Assembly (NCBI RefSeq): GCF_000025685.1
Contig: NC_013967.1
Span: 1,620,001 to 1,652,000, forward strand
Reading direction: 5' to 3'
Length of the DNA: 32,000 nucleotides
Source: Haloferax volcanii DS2
GTDB lineage: Archaea > Halobacteriota > Halobacteria > Halobacteriales > Haloferacaceae
How positions within the stretch are numbered: position 1 is the first letter of the stretch; each line of letters opens with the position of its first letter. Of this stretch, positions 17,526-28,317 are shown in pieces. A program made the position numbers and the translations under genes. A model generated the notes under the pieces. It searched no databases. It saw nothing but the letters and a program-made list of their open reading frames with translations, and was not told the DNA's origin.

Positions 17526-18643
17526 CGACAGACGACACGCAGACGGACGGCGCGCAGCCCGCGCCGACGGACGGCGAGCGGGCGATAACGACCGACTGGG
17601 TCGAAGATATCGCGGTCGGCGGCGCGGTCCTCGGCGGCGGGGGCGGCGGCTCGCTTTCGAAAGGTATCGAGTTCGGTGAACTCGCCGTCGAGTACGACCG
17701 GCCGACTATCGTCTCGGTCGCGGACCTCGACCCGACGGACGTGGTGTTGACCGTCAGCGGCGTGGGCGCGCCCGCCGCGACCGAGAGCCACGTCGACCCC
17801 GCGGACTACGTGCGCGCGGTCGAACTGTTGGTGGACAGACTCGCGGCCGACGGGACGACCGTCGGCGCGCTGATGACGAACGAGATGGGCGGGTTCGCCA
17901 CCGTCAACGGCCTGCTCCAGTCGGCCGTCACGGGCCTCCCGCTCGTCGACGCCGCCTGCAACGGGCGGGCGCACCCGACCGGGCCGATGGGCTCTATCGG
18001 GCTGTCGCAGGACGCCGAGTCGGTGCAGGCGGCGGTCGGCGGCGTGCCGGGCACCGCCAGCCGACTGGAGACGGTCGTCGAAGCGGAACTCGGCACGGCG
18101 GCGTCGCTCGTGCGACACGCGGCCGAAGACGCCGGCGGCCTCGTCGCCGTCGCCCGCAACCCGGTCTCGGCAAGCTACGCCGAGGCGCACGCGGCGCTCG
18201 ACACGTACGACCAGGCCGAGGCGGTCGGTCGCGCGGTCAGACTCGCCGACGACGGGCGCGACGCCGCCGAACGCGTCGCTGAGGTCCTCGATGGCGAGGT
18301 GTCGCTCGTCGCTCCCGTCGAGTCGTTCGCGCTCGAAACGACCGGCGGCTTCGACGTGGGCGAGGTCGAAATCGAGGGGCGCGAACTCACCTTCTGGAAC
18401 GAGTACATGACGCTCGAACTCGACGGCGAGCGTCTCGCGACGTTCCCGGACCTCATCACGACGCTCGACGCCGAGACGGGGATGCCCGTCTCGACGGCGG
18501 AACTCGCGGAGGGGCGGTCCGTGGCGGTCGTCGTCGCGCCCGCGGCGAACCTCTCTCTGGGCGCGGGGATGGCCGACCCCGCGCTCTTCGACCCGGTGGA
18601 ACAGGCGGTCGGAAAAGCGGTCAAATCACACGTATTCAACTAA
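17522..18643 (+). CDS. DUF917-family protein (hydantoinase-like fold family of unresolved function)
   Basis: 373 aa. Pattern GGAVLGGGGGGS ... VSGVGAP ... TNEMGGFATVNGL ... DAACNGRAHPTGPMGS as I recall for DUF917 (PF06032). Call is from memory and not searched. Confidence 0.65.
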   Translation: MTTDDTQTDGAQPAPTDGERAITTDWVEDIAVGGAVLGGGGGGSLSKGIEFGELAVEYDRPTIVSVADLDPTDVVLTVSGVGAPAATESHVDPADYVRAVELLVDRLAADGTTVGALMTNEMGGFATVNGLLQSAVTGLPLVDAACNGRAHPTGPMGSIGLSQDAESVQAAVGGVPGTASRLETVVEAELGTAASLVRHAAEDAGGLVAVARNPVSASYAEAHAALDTYDQAEAVGRAVRLADDGRDAAERVAEVLDGEVSLVAPVESFALETTGGFDVGEVEIEGRELTFWNEYMTLELDGERLATFPDLITTLDAETGMPVSTAELAEGRSVAVVVAPAANLSLGAGMADPALFDPVEQAVGKAVKSHVFN

Positions 18644-18651
18644 CGACACTC

Positions 18652-19236
18652 ATGTTCGACAAGATTCAGCAAGCCTACGACATCCTCAGCCGTCCCGACG
18701 CGGACGGCGAACTGGTACGCGACGCACTCGAAACGTACGGTCTCGAAACCGAGGTGACGACTATCTCGACCGACGAGGGAGCGACCGACTTCGTCAAGAC
18801 GGTCGTCCCCGGCCGCGACCCGGACGCGCCGACGCTCGGCGTCGTCGGTCGCCTCGGCGGGGTCGCCGCGCGGCCGGCCGAACTCGGCCCGGTCTCCGAC
18901 GCCGACGGGGCTATCGTCGCCCTCGCGGTCGCGCTCCACCTCGGCGAGATGCGCGAGCGCGGAGACGTGCTCGCCGGCGACGTTCGCATCGCCACGCACG
19001 TCTGTCCCGACGCGCCCGTCGTGGGCGTGGCGACGACGAGCGTCTCGCCCGTCCCCGGCTGCGGGACCGGCGCAAACTACCTCACCGACCTGCTCGACGC
19101 GACCGGGTTCGTCGTCGAGACGGCCAAGGACTTCACCCGCGGCCGCGCGTCGTTCTACGACGAGGCCGAGTACGACCGCCTCACGTCGCTGTACGGTTCG
19201 ATGGGTCGCCTCCAGACGTTGGGCGAGGGCGTCTGA
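18652..19236 (+). CDS. DUF1177-like protein (shorter than I expect for the family)
   Basis: 194 aa. N-terminus (QAYDILSRPDADGELVRDALETYGLETEVTTISTDEGATDFVKTVVPG) and C-terminus (VVGVATT ... VPGCGTGA ... FYDEAEY ... LYGSMGRLQTLG) resemble my recollection of DUF1177 (PF06675), which commonly sits next to DUF917 and AroM genes. Confidence 0.4.
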   Translation: MFDKIQQAYDILSRPDADGELVRDALETYGLETEVTTISTDEGATDFVKTVVPGRDPDAPTLGVVGRLGGVAARPAELGPVSDADGAIVALAVALHLGEMRERGDVLAGDVRIATHVCPDAPVVGVATTSVSPVPGCGTGANYLTDLLDATGFVVETAKDFTRGRASFYDEAEYDRLTSLYGSMGRLQTLGEGV

Positions 19237-19237
19237 G

Positions 19238-19897
19238 ATGTCGACGCTCGGACTCGTGACCATCGGGCAGGCCCCCCGGACCGACGTGACGCCCGACATC
19301 GCGGCGGCGCTCCCGCCCGAGGTGGACATCGTCGAGGTCGGCGCGCTCGACCGGTTCGACTCGGCGGCCGAGGTCGAGGCCGCGGTCGGCCCGCGCGAGG
19401 GACAGCCGGTGTACGTCTCGCGACTCGCCGACGGGACGCCCGTCACCGTCGACCGCGAGTCGGTCGTCGAACTCCTCGGAGCGCGCTTCCGCGACCTCGA
19501 ATCCGAGGTGACGGCCATCGGCGTCCTCTGTACGGGTCACTTCCCGTCGTTCGACGTCAGCGTCCCCGTCTTCGAGCCGAGCGACCTGCTTTCGGCGTGG
19601 GTCTCGGCCATCCTCAACGGGGGGACCCTCGGCGTCATCATGCCCAAGGAGGAACAGGAGGCCATGACGTTCGAGAAGTGGGCCGACTACGACCTCGTCA
19701 CCGCCGCGGGCTCGCCGTACGCCGACGACGACGAGGTGTTGGCCGCGGCGGCCGACATCGGCACCGACGCCGACCTCATCGTGATGGACTGCATGGGCTA
19801 CACGCCCGAGATGAAAGCGACCGTTCGCGAGCTAACGGGTACGGGCGTCCTGCTCGGGCGGTCGGTGCTGGCGAAGACCGCCGAGGAGGTGCTCTGA
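19238..19897 (+). CDS. AroM-family protein
   Basis: 219 aa. LGLVTIGQAPRTD ... IGVLCTGHF ... IVMDCMGYT matches the AroM (PF07302) pattern as I recall it. Confidence 0.65.
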   Translation: MSTLGLVTIGQAPRTDVTPDIAAALPPEVDIVEVGALDRFDSAAEVEAAVGPREGQPVYVSRLADGTPVTVDRESVVELLGARFRDLESEVTAIGVLCTGHFPSFDVSVPVFEPSDLLSAWVSAILNGGTLGVIMPKEEQEAMTFEKWADYDLVTAAGSPYADDDEVLAAAADIGTDADLIVMDCMGYTPEMKATVRELTGTGVLLGRSVLAKTAEEVL

Positions 19898-20845
19898 ATG
19901 GCCGACTATCGCGAGGTGGCGACGCGGCTCCTCACCGAGAACATGAACGCCGCTCCCGGTGAGACGCTCCTCGTCGTGACCGATACCGACACGAACCACA
20001 TCGGCCGGGCGCTGTTCGAGGCGGGGGTCGACCTCGGCTTGGACTCCGGGCTGTTCGAGATTCCGCCGATGGAGCGAAACGGGATGGAACCGCCGGAATC
20101 GGTCGCCCGCGCCATGGAATCGGCCGATGTCGTGGTCTGTCCGACCAGCGCGTCGCTGACCCACACGCGAGCGCGAGAGGCCGCGACCGAGGCCGGCGCT
20201 CGCGTCGCCACGATGCCCGGCATCACGGACCAGATGTTCAGCGCGGGCGCGATTACGGCCGACTACGAGGAGGTCGAACGCCTGACGGCGGCGCTCACGG
20301 AGAAGCTCACCGCGGCCGACGAGGCCCGTATTGAGGCCGGCGGCGCGTCGGCGACGATGTCGCTTTCGGGCCGCGACGGCATCCCGAGCGACGGCATCAT
20401 CGCCGACCCCGGCGACTCCGGTAACCTCCCGTCCGGCGAGAGCTACGTCGCGCCGGTCGAGGGGACGGCCACCGGCACGCTCGTCTTCGACGGCGGCCTC
20501 GCGGGCGTCGGCGTCCTCGACGACCCACTGACGGTCGAACTCGACGCGGGGCACATCACGTCCGTCGAGGGCGCGGCCGCCGACGAGTTCCTCGACGCGA
20601 CGAGCGGCGACGACTGCGCCCGACGGGTGTGCGAACTCGGCCTCGGGACGAACCCCGCGGCGAGCATCATCGGGACCGTCCTCGAAGACGAGAAGGTGTA
20701 CGGCACCTGCCACGTCGCCTTCGGGGACAACCTCGGCTTCGGCGGGACCATCGACTGCGACTCGCATCTCGACGGCGTCATCCTCGAACCGACGGTCTCG
20801 CTCGACGGCGACGTCGTCGTCGCCGACGGCGAGGTGCGCGTGTGA
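19898..20845 (+). CDS. M29/AmpS-like aminopeptidase family protein
   Basis: 315 aa. PGETLLVVTD ... ADVVVCPTSASLTHT ... NLPSGESYVAPVEG ... ELGLGTNP ... EDEKVYGTCHVAFGDN is the thermophilic-metalloprotease-like layout. It starts directly after the aroM-like stop. Confidence 0.65.
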   Translation: MADYREVATRLLTENMNAAPGETLLVVTDTDTNHIGRALFEAGVDLGLDSGLFEIPPMERNGMEPPESVARAMESADVVVCPTSASLTHTRAREAATEAGARVATMPGITDQMFSAGAITADYEEVERLTAALTEKLTAADEARIEAGGASATMSLSGRDGIPSDGIIADPGDSGNLPSGESYVAPVEGTATGTLVFDGGLAGVGVLDDPLTVELDAGHITSVEGAAADEFLDATSGDDCARRVCELGLGTNPAASIIGTVLEDEKVYGTCHVAFGDNLGFGGTIDCDSHLDGVILEPTVSLDGDVVVADGEVRV

Positions 20846-21810
20846 GCGACCGCACGCCTTCGCCCTCGGTCGGTGACCGCGCGGGCACAGACCGCTCGGA
20901 GCAAGCAGACCACCCGGACCGCACGGACCGCCCCGCACTCGCCGCGGCCGCCGCCGAGGTTCCGGACCTCGCCCCGTGGTTGGCGCGCCGCGCCACGGTC
21001 CGCCAGTTCGACGCCGACACCGAGATTCCCGACGACGAGGTTCGCGCGATGGTCGACGCCGGACGGAAGGCCCCGACCAGCGGGACGACCCAGATGTACC
21101 GTTTCGTCTGGATACGCGACCCCGACCGCCGCGAGCGGATTCACGAACTGTGTAGCCGCGGCACCGTGCAGGTCGAGGAGGCGAGCCAGTTCCTCCTCGT
21201 CTGCATCGACGTCCGCCGGATTCGACTGCTGTTGAAGCACCGCGACCGCGAGTTCCGCATGACGCCCGCGATGGGGCTGTTGGAGGGGTCGATTGACGCC
21301 TCGCTGGCCGCGATGGGCGTCATGCTGGCCGCCGAGAGCCGCGGCTACGGCGTCTGCCCTATCGGTAACATCCTGAACAACCTCACCGAGGTCGCCGCGA
21401 CGGCCGACCTTCCGTCGGGCGTCCTGCCGATTTTCGGGCTCTGTCTCGGCGTCCCGCGTCACGGCGAGGCGACCGAGAACGCCCCGCGGGTCCCGCTCGA
21501 CACGGTGCTCCACGAAGGCGGCTACCGCGACCCCACCGAGGCGCAACTCGACGCCCGCTACGACGCGATGAACGAGATGTACGGCGACAGCGTCTACGGC
21601 GACGACCGCCGCGAGTGGCAGGAGACGCTCGAACGCTACTGGGGGCCGAACGGCTTCATGAATCGCCGCGAGGGCGAACTGCTCGCCGCGCTCCGCCAGC
21701 AGGGCTTCTTCGCGGCCCGCGGCATCGACGAGCCGGCGGACGCGGACTCGGACTCGGACTCGCCAGACCCGGACCCGGACGCCGAGCGGAACGGCGGGGG
21801 TACCGACTGA
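20842..21810 (+). CDS. nitroreductase-family NAD(P)H-dependent oxidoreductase (NfsA-like) with N-terminal extension and acidic tail
   Basis: RRATVRQFDADTEIPDDEVRAMVDAGRKAPTSGTTQMYRFVWIRD ... AAESRGYGVCPIG. The GTG start overlaps the upstream TGA (GTGA). C-terminal tail reads DADSDSDSPDPDPD. Confidence 0.8.
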   Translation: MSDRTPSPSVGDRAGTDRSEQADHPDRTDRPALAAAAAEVPDLAPWLARRATVRQFDADTEIPDDEVRAMVDAGRKAPTSGTTQMYRFVWIRDPDRRERIHELCSRGTVQVEEASQFLLVCIDVRRIRLLLKHRDREFRMTPAMGLLEGSIDASLAAMGVMLAAESRGYGVCPIGNILNNLTEVAATADLPSGVLPIFGLCLGVPRHGEATENAPRVPLDTVLHEGGYRDPTEAQLDARYDAMNEMYGDSVYGDDRREWQETLERYWGPNGFMNRREGELLAALRQQGFFAARGIDEPADADSDSDSPDPDPDAERNGGGTD

Positions 21811-22469
21811 TGGTCGAACTCGGCGTCCTCCGCGTGCTCACGCTGGACGACCCGGAGGAGGTCGCCCGCCACGGGCGACTCGTCGAGCGGCACTACCCGC
21901 ACGTCTCGACGCTGTCGCGGTGTATCCCCGACCACCCAGACGGGATTCCGAACGCGGCCGCCGAGGTCGACGCGCTCCCGTACATCGAGGCGCTCGGTCG
22001 CGAGATGGCGACCGAAGTCGATGCGCTCTGTATCAGTTGCGCGCTCGACCCCGGCGTGGAGGCGCTCGGCGAAGCGCTCGACATCCCGGTCGTCGGCGCG
22101 GGCGCGAGCGTGGCGGCCGTCGCGTCCGCCCGCGGCGAGCGCGTCGGGACGCTCGGCCTCGAAAACGGGGCCGAGTCGGCCATTCGTGACCTGCTCGGCG
22201 ACCGACTCGCGGCCGAGGAAGTCGTCAAGGACGCGGCGACGACGAACTACCTCACGACCGACGAGGGCCGGGCGGCGATTCGCGCGGCGGTCGACCGCTT
22301 CGTCGACGCCGGCTGCGACGTCGTCGCGCCGAGCTGTACCGGCATCTCCTCGTCGGGCACGATTCCCGACGCGCGGGCCGACGCTCCGATACCTATCGTC
22401 GACCCTGTCGTGGCGATGGGCGCGGTGGCGACGACCGCCGTCGCGCCGCCGCGTCCACCACGGCAGTAG
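21810..22469 (+). CDS. Asp/Glu/hydantoin racemase family protein
   Basis: 219 aa with two candidate catalytic Cys contexts (ALCISCALDPG and VVAPSCTGIS). The ATG overlaps the upstream TGA by 1 nt (TGATG). Confidence 0.75.
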   Translation: MVELGVLRVLTLDDPEEVARHGRLVERHYPHVSTLSRCIPDHPDGIPNAAAEVDALPYIEALGREMATEVDALCISCALDPGVEALGEALDIPVVGAGASVAAVASARGERVGTLGLENGAESAIRDLLGDRLAAEEVVKDAATTNYLTTDEGRAAIRAAVDRFVDAGCDVVAPSCTGISSSGTIPDARADAPIPIVDPVVAMGAVATTAVAPPRPPRQ

Positions 22470-22701
22470 GTTGCCGGACCGCCCCGATGGCATTCCGCGC
22501 CGCTCGCGCCGCGCTCGGGGTCACACGCGCGAGCTACCCATTTCGTCGTGCTCGGTTGCGGGCCGGCATCCTCGACCAGTCAACAGACAAACAACACTCG
22601 GCGGGTCGCTCATCGACGGTCCACAACCAGTCACTATTTCGACACATTCGCGAATACGTCCCCGTCAAGAGCTCCCCGACTGAGAATTATTCATAAAGTA
22701 A

Positions 22702-24936
<2,235 letters not shown>

Positions 24937-25035
24937 CCGCGCTCCCCGCCGCGTTCGGTCGCGGTTGCGGCGCGCGAAGTCGGTTTCCGCGGCGGCGTCT
25001 GCGGTCGCGGTCACCGACGCCGGCTGACGGCTGAC

Positions 25036-25053
25036 TTTTCCGCTCGCTTTTTT
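25036..25053 (+). terminator. oligo-T tracts (TTTT, then TTTTTT) about 100 nt downstream of katG
   Basis: The sequence reads CTGACTTTTCCGCTCGCTTTTTTCGC, and the plus-strand T-runs suit an archaeal terminator. A GGCTGAC tandem duplication lies just upstream (25022-25035). Confidence 0.4.
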
Positions 25054-25088
25054 CGCTCTCACTCGCTCCCCGAGCGACTGCCGGCAAG

Positions 25089-26900
25089 TCAGTCGTCGGC
25101 CGGAACCTCGCAGTCGAACGTTTCGAGCCGTGCTTGCAGGCTGCCGGTCTGGCCTCTGAGGTCGTCGAGTTGTTCCCGAACCCCCGAAATCGTCGCCGCT
25201 CTGGACTCGGCTTGGCTCGCCAGCGCGTCGCTCTGTTCTGCGATATCCCGCGAGTGGTCGGCGATGCCGATAATCGCGTCGACCACTTCCTCGGTCGTGC
25301 GCGCGCCGTCGTCGGTCGCCGTGGCGACCTCGTCGACCGACATATCGACGCTTTCGACGATGTCCGAGACCGCCGCGAACGCTTCTGCGGCGTCGGTCGT
25401 CGTCGACCGTCCCGTTTCGAGCTGCGCCTTCGTCCGTTTCATCTCCGTCTGTACGCGCGCCACGTCTTCGATTGTCTCGGTTATCGTCCGCTCGATGGCC
25501 GCCGAGTGGTTCTGCGTCTCGTCGGCGAGGGACTTCACCTCGTTTGCGACGACCGCGAACCCCTCGCTTCCGTCCGAGGCGCGGGCGGCCTCGATGTTGG
25601 CGTTGAGCGCGAGCGTGTTCGTCTGTTCGGCGATCGACTCGATGAGGTCGGTGCTCTTCGAGACGTCGTCCATCCGGTCGTCGAGCGACTCGACCAGCGA
25701 CGCGAGTTCGTCGACGCTCTGTTCGACGTTCTCGATGGCCTCGATGGCCGTCGTCGCAGTCCCCGTCCCCGCCTCGGCGGCCTCCGCCGCGTCGCTCGCC
25801 TCGCCGGAGACTTGGTCGGCGTTCGCAGCGATTTCCTCGATTGTCGCCGACAGACTGCTCAGTTCGTCCGTCGTGGATTCGAGGTCGTGAGCCTGCTCGC
25901 GCACGTCCGTGGCGAACGCCCCCACGTCGGCCGCGAGCTGTCGTTGCGTCCGTTCGAGCGTTTCGGCGTCGTCGTGGACCGACTGCGTCGTTCGCTCGAC
26001 GGTCGCCGCGAACGCTCGGAGATCGACGATAGTCGACGAGAGGTCGCGCTTCATCGCCGTGAACGCGTCGCTGATGGCTTCGATGGCCTCGATATCCGAC
26101 CCTTCGGGCGGGTTCGCGGTGAAATCCCCCTCCGAGACGGCGTCCATGGCCGCGGCGAGTTCGTCGGCCTGCACCATCAACTGCTCGTTCAGGCGCTCGA
26201 CTTCGGCTTTCGCCTCCTCGCTGTCTTCGAGGCTCTGCATCTTCTGTCTGGTCTCCTCGCGGGAGCGCTCGACAGAGAACCAGTTCGTGACTAACGCCGA
26301 CGCGAGCATGAGGATGAACACCGCGTGGACGAGCCCCCAGCCCATCGGGTTCGCGATGGCGTCGGGGTGGTTGTACACCGCTTCCGGGTGGTCCATGCCG
26401 AAGACGCCGTGCTGGATGGCGACGTACAGGATGCCGACGACGAACGGGAGCCAGTCCTCATAGACCGCGAGGACGGCCACGATGACGAAAAAGTGGAAGT
26501 GCGCCTCGATGTAGCCGCCCGAGAAGTAGACGAGCAGAGCCGAACACGTCAGCAACCCGATTGATGCGAAGCCGCTCCGTATCCGGCGCGGGAGCCACGG
26601 GAGCCACGCGAACAGTGCCAACCCCACGACCGCTCCGACGCCGAGCAAGACGTGTTCGGCGGGCGCGGCGGTGAGCGTCGCACCCGTGACGTACGGCTCC
26701 GACCCGGTGAAGTTCCCGAGAAAGTACAAAAGCGGCGCGTGCGCCACGAGGAAGACGAGGATGTTTCGGTGACGCGCCTGCCACGACTCGCTCGGAATCG
26801 AGTCCCCCTGCGGGACGTATCTCACTGCGTCTCGGAGCCGCTGTCGCCACCGCCCCACACCGCGTCGACGGTTCTGCGTGTCCGCTGTCGGCGTTCCCAT
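25089..26900 (-). CDS. methyl-accepting chemotaxis transducer (Htr) with an N-terminal six-TM sensor domain, Htr8-like
   Basis: C-terminal signalling hairpin ([37 protein letters not shown]), a HAMP-like linker and coiled-coil methylation helices. The N-terminus has six hydrophobic helices with His residues ([30 protein letters not shown]). Start placed at ATG 26898-26900 (MGTPTAD). Confidence 0.9.
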   Translation of the reverse strand: MGTPTADTQNRRRGVGRWRQRLRDAVRYVPQGDSIPSESWQARHRNILVFLVAHAPLLYFLGNFTGSEPYVTGATLTAAPAEHVLLGVGAVVGLALFAWLPWLPRRIRSGFASIGLLTCSALLVYFSGGYIEAHFHFFVIVAVLAVYEDWLPFVVGILYVAIQHGVFGMDHPEAVYNHPDAIANPMGWGLVHAVFILMLASALVTNWFSVERSREETRQKMQSLEDSEEAKAEVERLNEQLMVQADELAAAMDAVSEGDFTANPPEGSDIEAIEAISDAFTAMKRDLSSTIVDLRAFAATVERTTQSVHDDAETLERTQRQLAADVGAFATDVREQAHDLESTTDELSSLSATIEEIAANADQVSGEASDAAEAAEAGTGTATTAIEAIENVEQSVDELASLVESLDDRMDDVSKSTDLIESIAEQTNTLALNANIEAARASDGSEGFAVVANEVKSLADETQNHSAAIERTITETIEDVARVQTEMKRTKAQLETGRSTTTDAAEAFAAVSDIVESVDMSVDEVATATDDGARTTEEVVDAIIGIADHSRDIAEQSDALASQAESRAATISGVREQLDDLRGQTGSLQARLETFDCEVPADD

Positions 26901-27440
26901 ACCCCTCCCCTTCGACTTCGGGGTGAAATGAATTGCCGCTCGTTTATCAACGTTGATTCTGCCCCCGGGAGATTTTGTCTCCAAAACCGATATATTGTGG
27001 TGTTTTGTAGAATTTCGACAGCCAGTTATTTAATTTTCAACACGTTCTCGTGTGGTCGACGGAACCTGTCGTTTGATGGCTATCGGCGGGGGTAGCGTGC
27101 AGTGAGCATCCGACCGAAGTTGGGTGGTTCGGTACACGGTGAACCCTCTCGTTCACACGAAACGGCACAAAACGGACCCGACGGGATTCCCACGAGCGCG
27201 AGCGAGTGGGAAGTCGTCGGGGGAGTGAGGCCGAAGGCCGAACGGACCCGAGGGGCTTTCGTGTGAGGGACGAACGGAGTCTAGATTTCAGGTGTATGAG
27301 GGCTTGTACGGTGTATTTTCAACGTGGTCAGCAGACTGGATTTTTGGACTCATTTCGTTCGCCAGACGAACGTTGTTCTTTGTCTCTACACATATTTCCA
27401 ACCTAGTGGATATATGTTTCACCACCTCGTAGAGTCAAGC

Positions 27441-27956
27441 ATGCCCGACAAAACCCGGAACGACCCTCGTGCTTCGATGACCCGAGGTGAGCGAATCCGT
27501 GCCGCTGCTCGGACGCTCCGAACGCCTCGAACTGCGTCGTGGGTCGCGAACGAGACAGAAGTCTCCGTCAAGACGGCACAGAAGTACCTCGACCAACTCG
27601 TCGAGGACAACGTCCTCCGAAAAATCGAGCAGGGCGACCAGACGCTCTACTGCGTTGACCAACTCATGGCGACCTACCGCGAGGTCGCGGCACTCCAGCG
27701 AGAACACAGCCGTGAGGAGTTGACCAGTGCCCTCGACTCGATGCGGAGCAAGATTACGGACTGGAAGCAGTCGTACGATGTCGAGACGCCTGGTGAACTC
27801 CGAGCGAGTATCGCCGACCTCAACGACGCCGACGAAGTCGAGACGCGGCGAGAGGTTGCCAGCGAGTGGGAGCACCTCGCCGACCGTGTCCCGGTCGTTC
27901 GAGCGGCACTCAACGAGTACGACTGGGCGACCAAACGAGACTCTATCTCCGCGTGA
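27441..27956 (+). CDS. wHTH DNA-binding protein, hypothetical (plasmid/mobile-region type)
   Basis: RIRAAARTLRTPRTASWVANETEVSVKTAQKYLDQLVEDNVLRKIEQG is a winged-helix motif, followed by a helical C-terminal half. An ATATAT element at 27410-27415 lies about 28 nt upstream of ATG 27441, consistent with a leaderless transcript. Lower GC than the surrounding sequence. Confidence 0.6.
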   Translation: MPDKTRNDPRASMTRGERIRAAARTLRTPRTASWVANETEVSVKTAQKYLDQLVEDNVLRKIEQGDQTLYCVDQLMATYREVAALQREHSREELTSALDSMRSKITDWKQSYDVETPGELRASIADLNDADEVETRREVASEWEHLADRVPVVRAALNEYDWATKRDSISA

Positions 27957-27960
27957 CCAA

Positions 27961-28317
27961 ATGGAGTTATCAGGAACTATCGACAGTTCGGTCTACGAAG
28001 GGCTGAAGGACGTTTTGCAGAGGCACCCTGCGGTCACGTCTGTGTCCTACGAACCGGACAGCATCGTCAAGAAGTTCATCCAAGCAGAGCTTGACCCCAA
28101 TCGCGTCGTGCCGGCGACTGGGCCAGAACCGCCGACGCTCGACGTCGAGTGGCGGTTCGTCGGAGACGAGCCACAATTTCGGATACATTACGCTGACCCG
28201 AATACGGGGTTCAACTGTGGGTGGCATCGTGACGGCGACCATCCCGAACTCGGGGCGGTTCACTTCCAGTATCAGTACTTCACAAAGCGTCCTCGGCTAG
28301 CTGTTTCTGAAGCATGA
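27961..28317 (+). pseudogene. small protein truncated at its 3' end by the IS insertion; native sequence only to about 28271
   Basis: The ATG lies 4 nt after the upstream stop. The FRIHYADPNTGFNCGWHRDGDHPELGAVHFQ motif is reminiscent of small DUF6516/TumE-like proteins, but that recollection is unverified. From 28272 the reading frame runs into the IS inverted repeat (YFTKRPRLAVSEA is IS-encoded). Confidence 0.5.
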
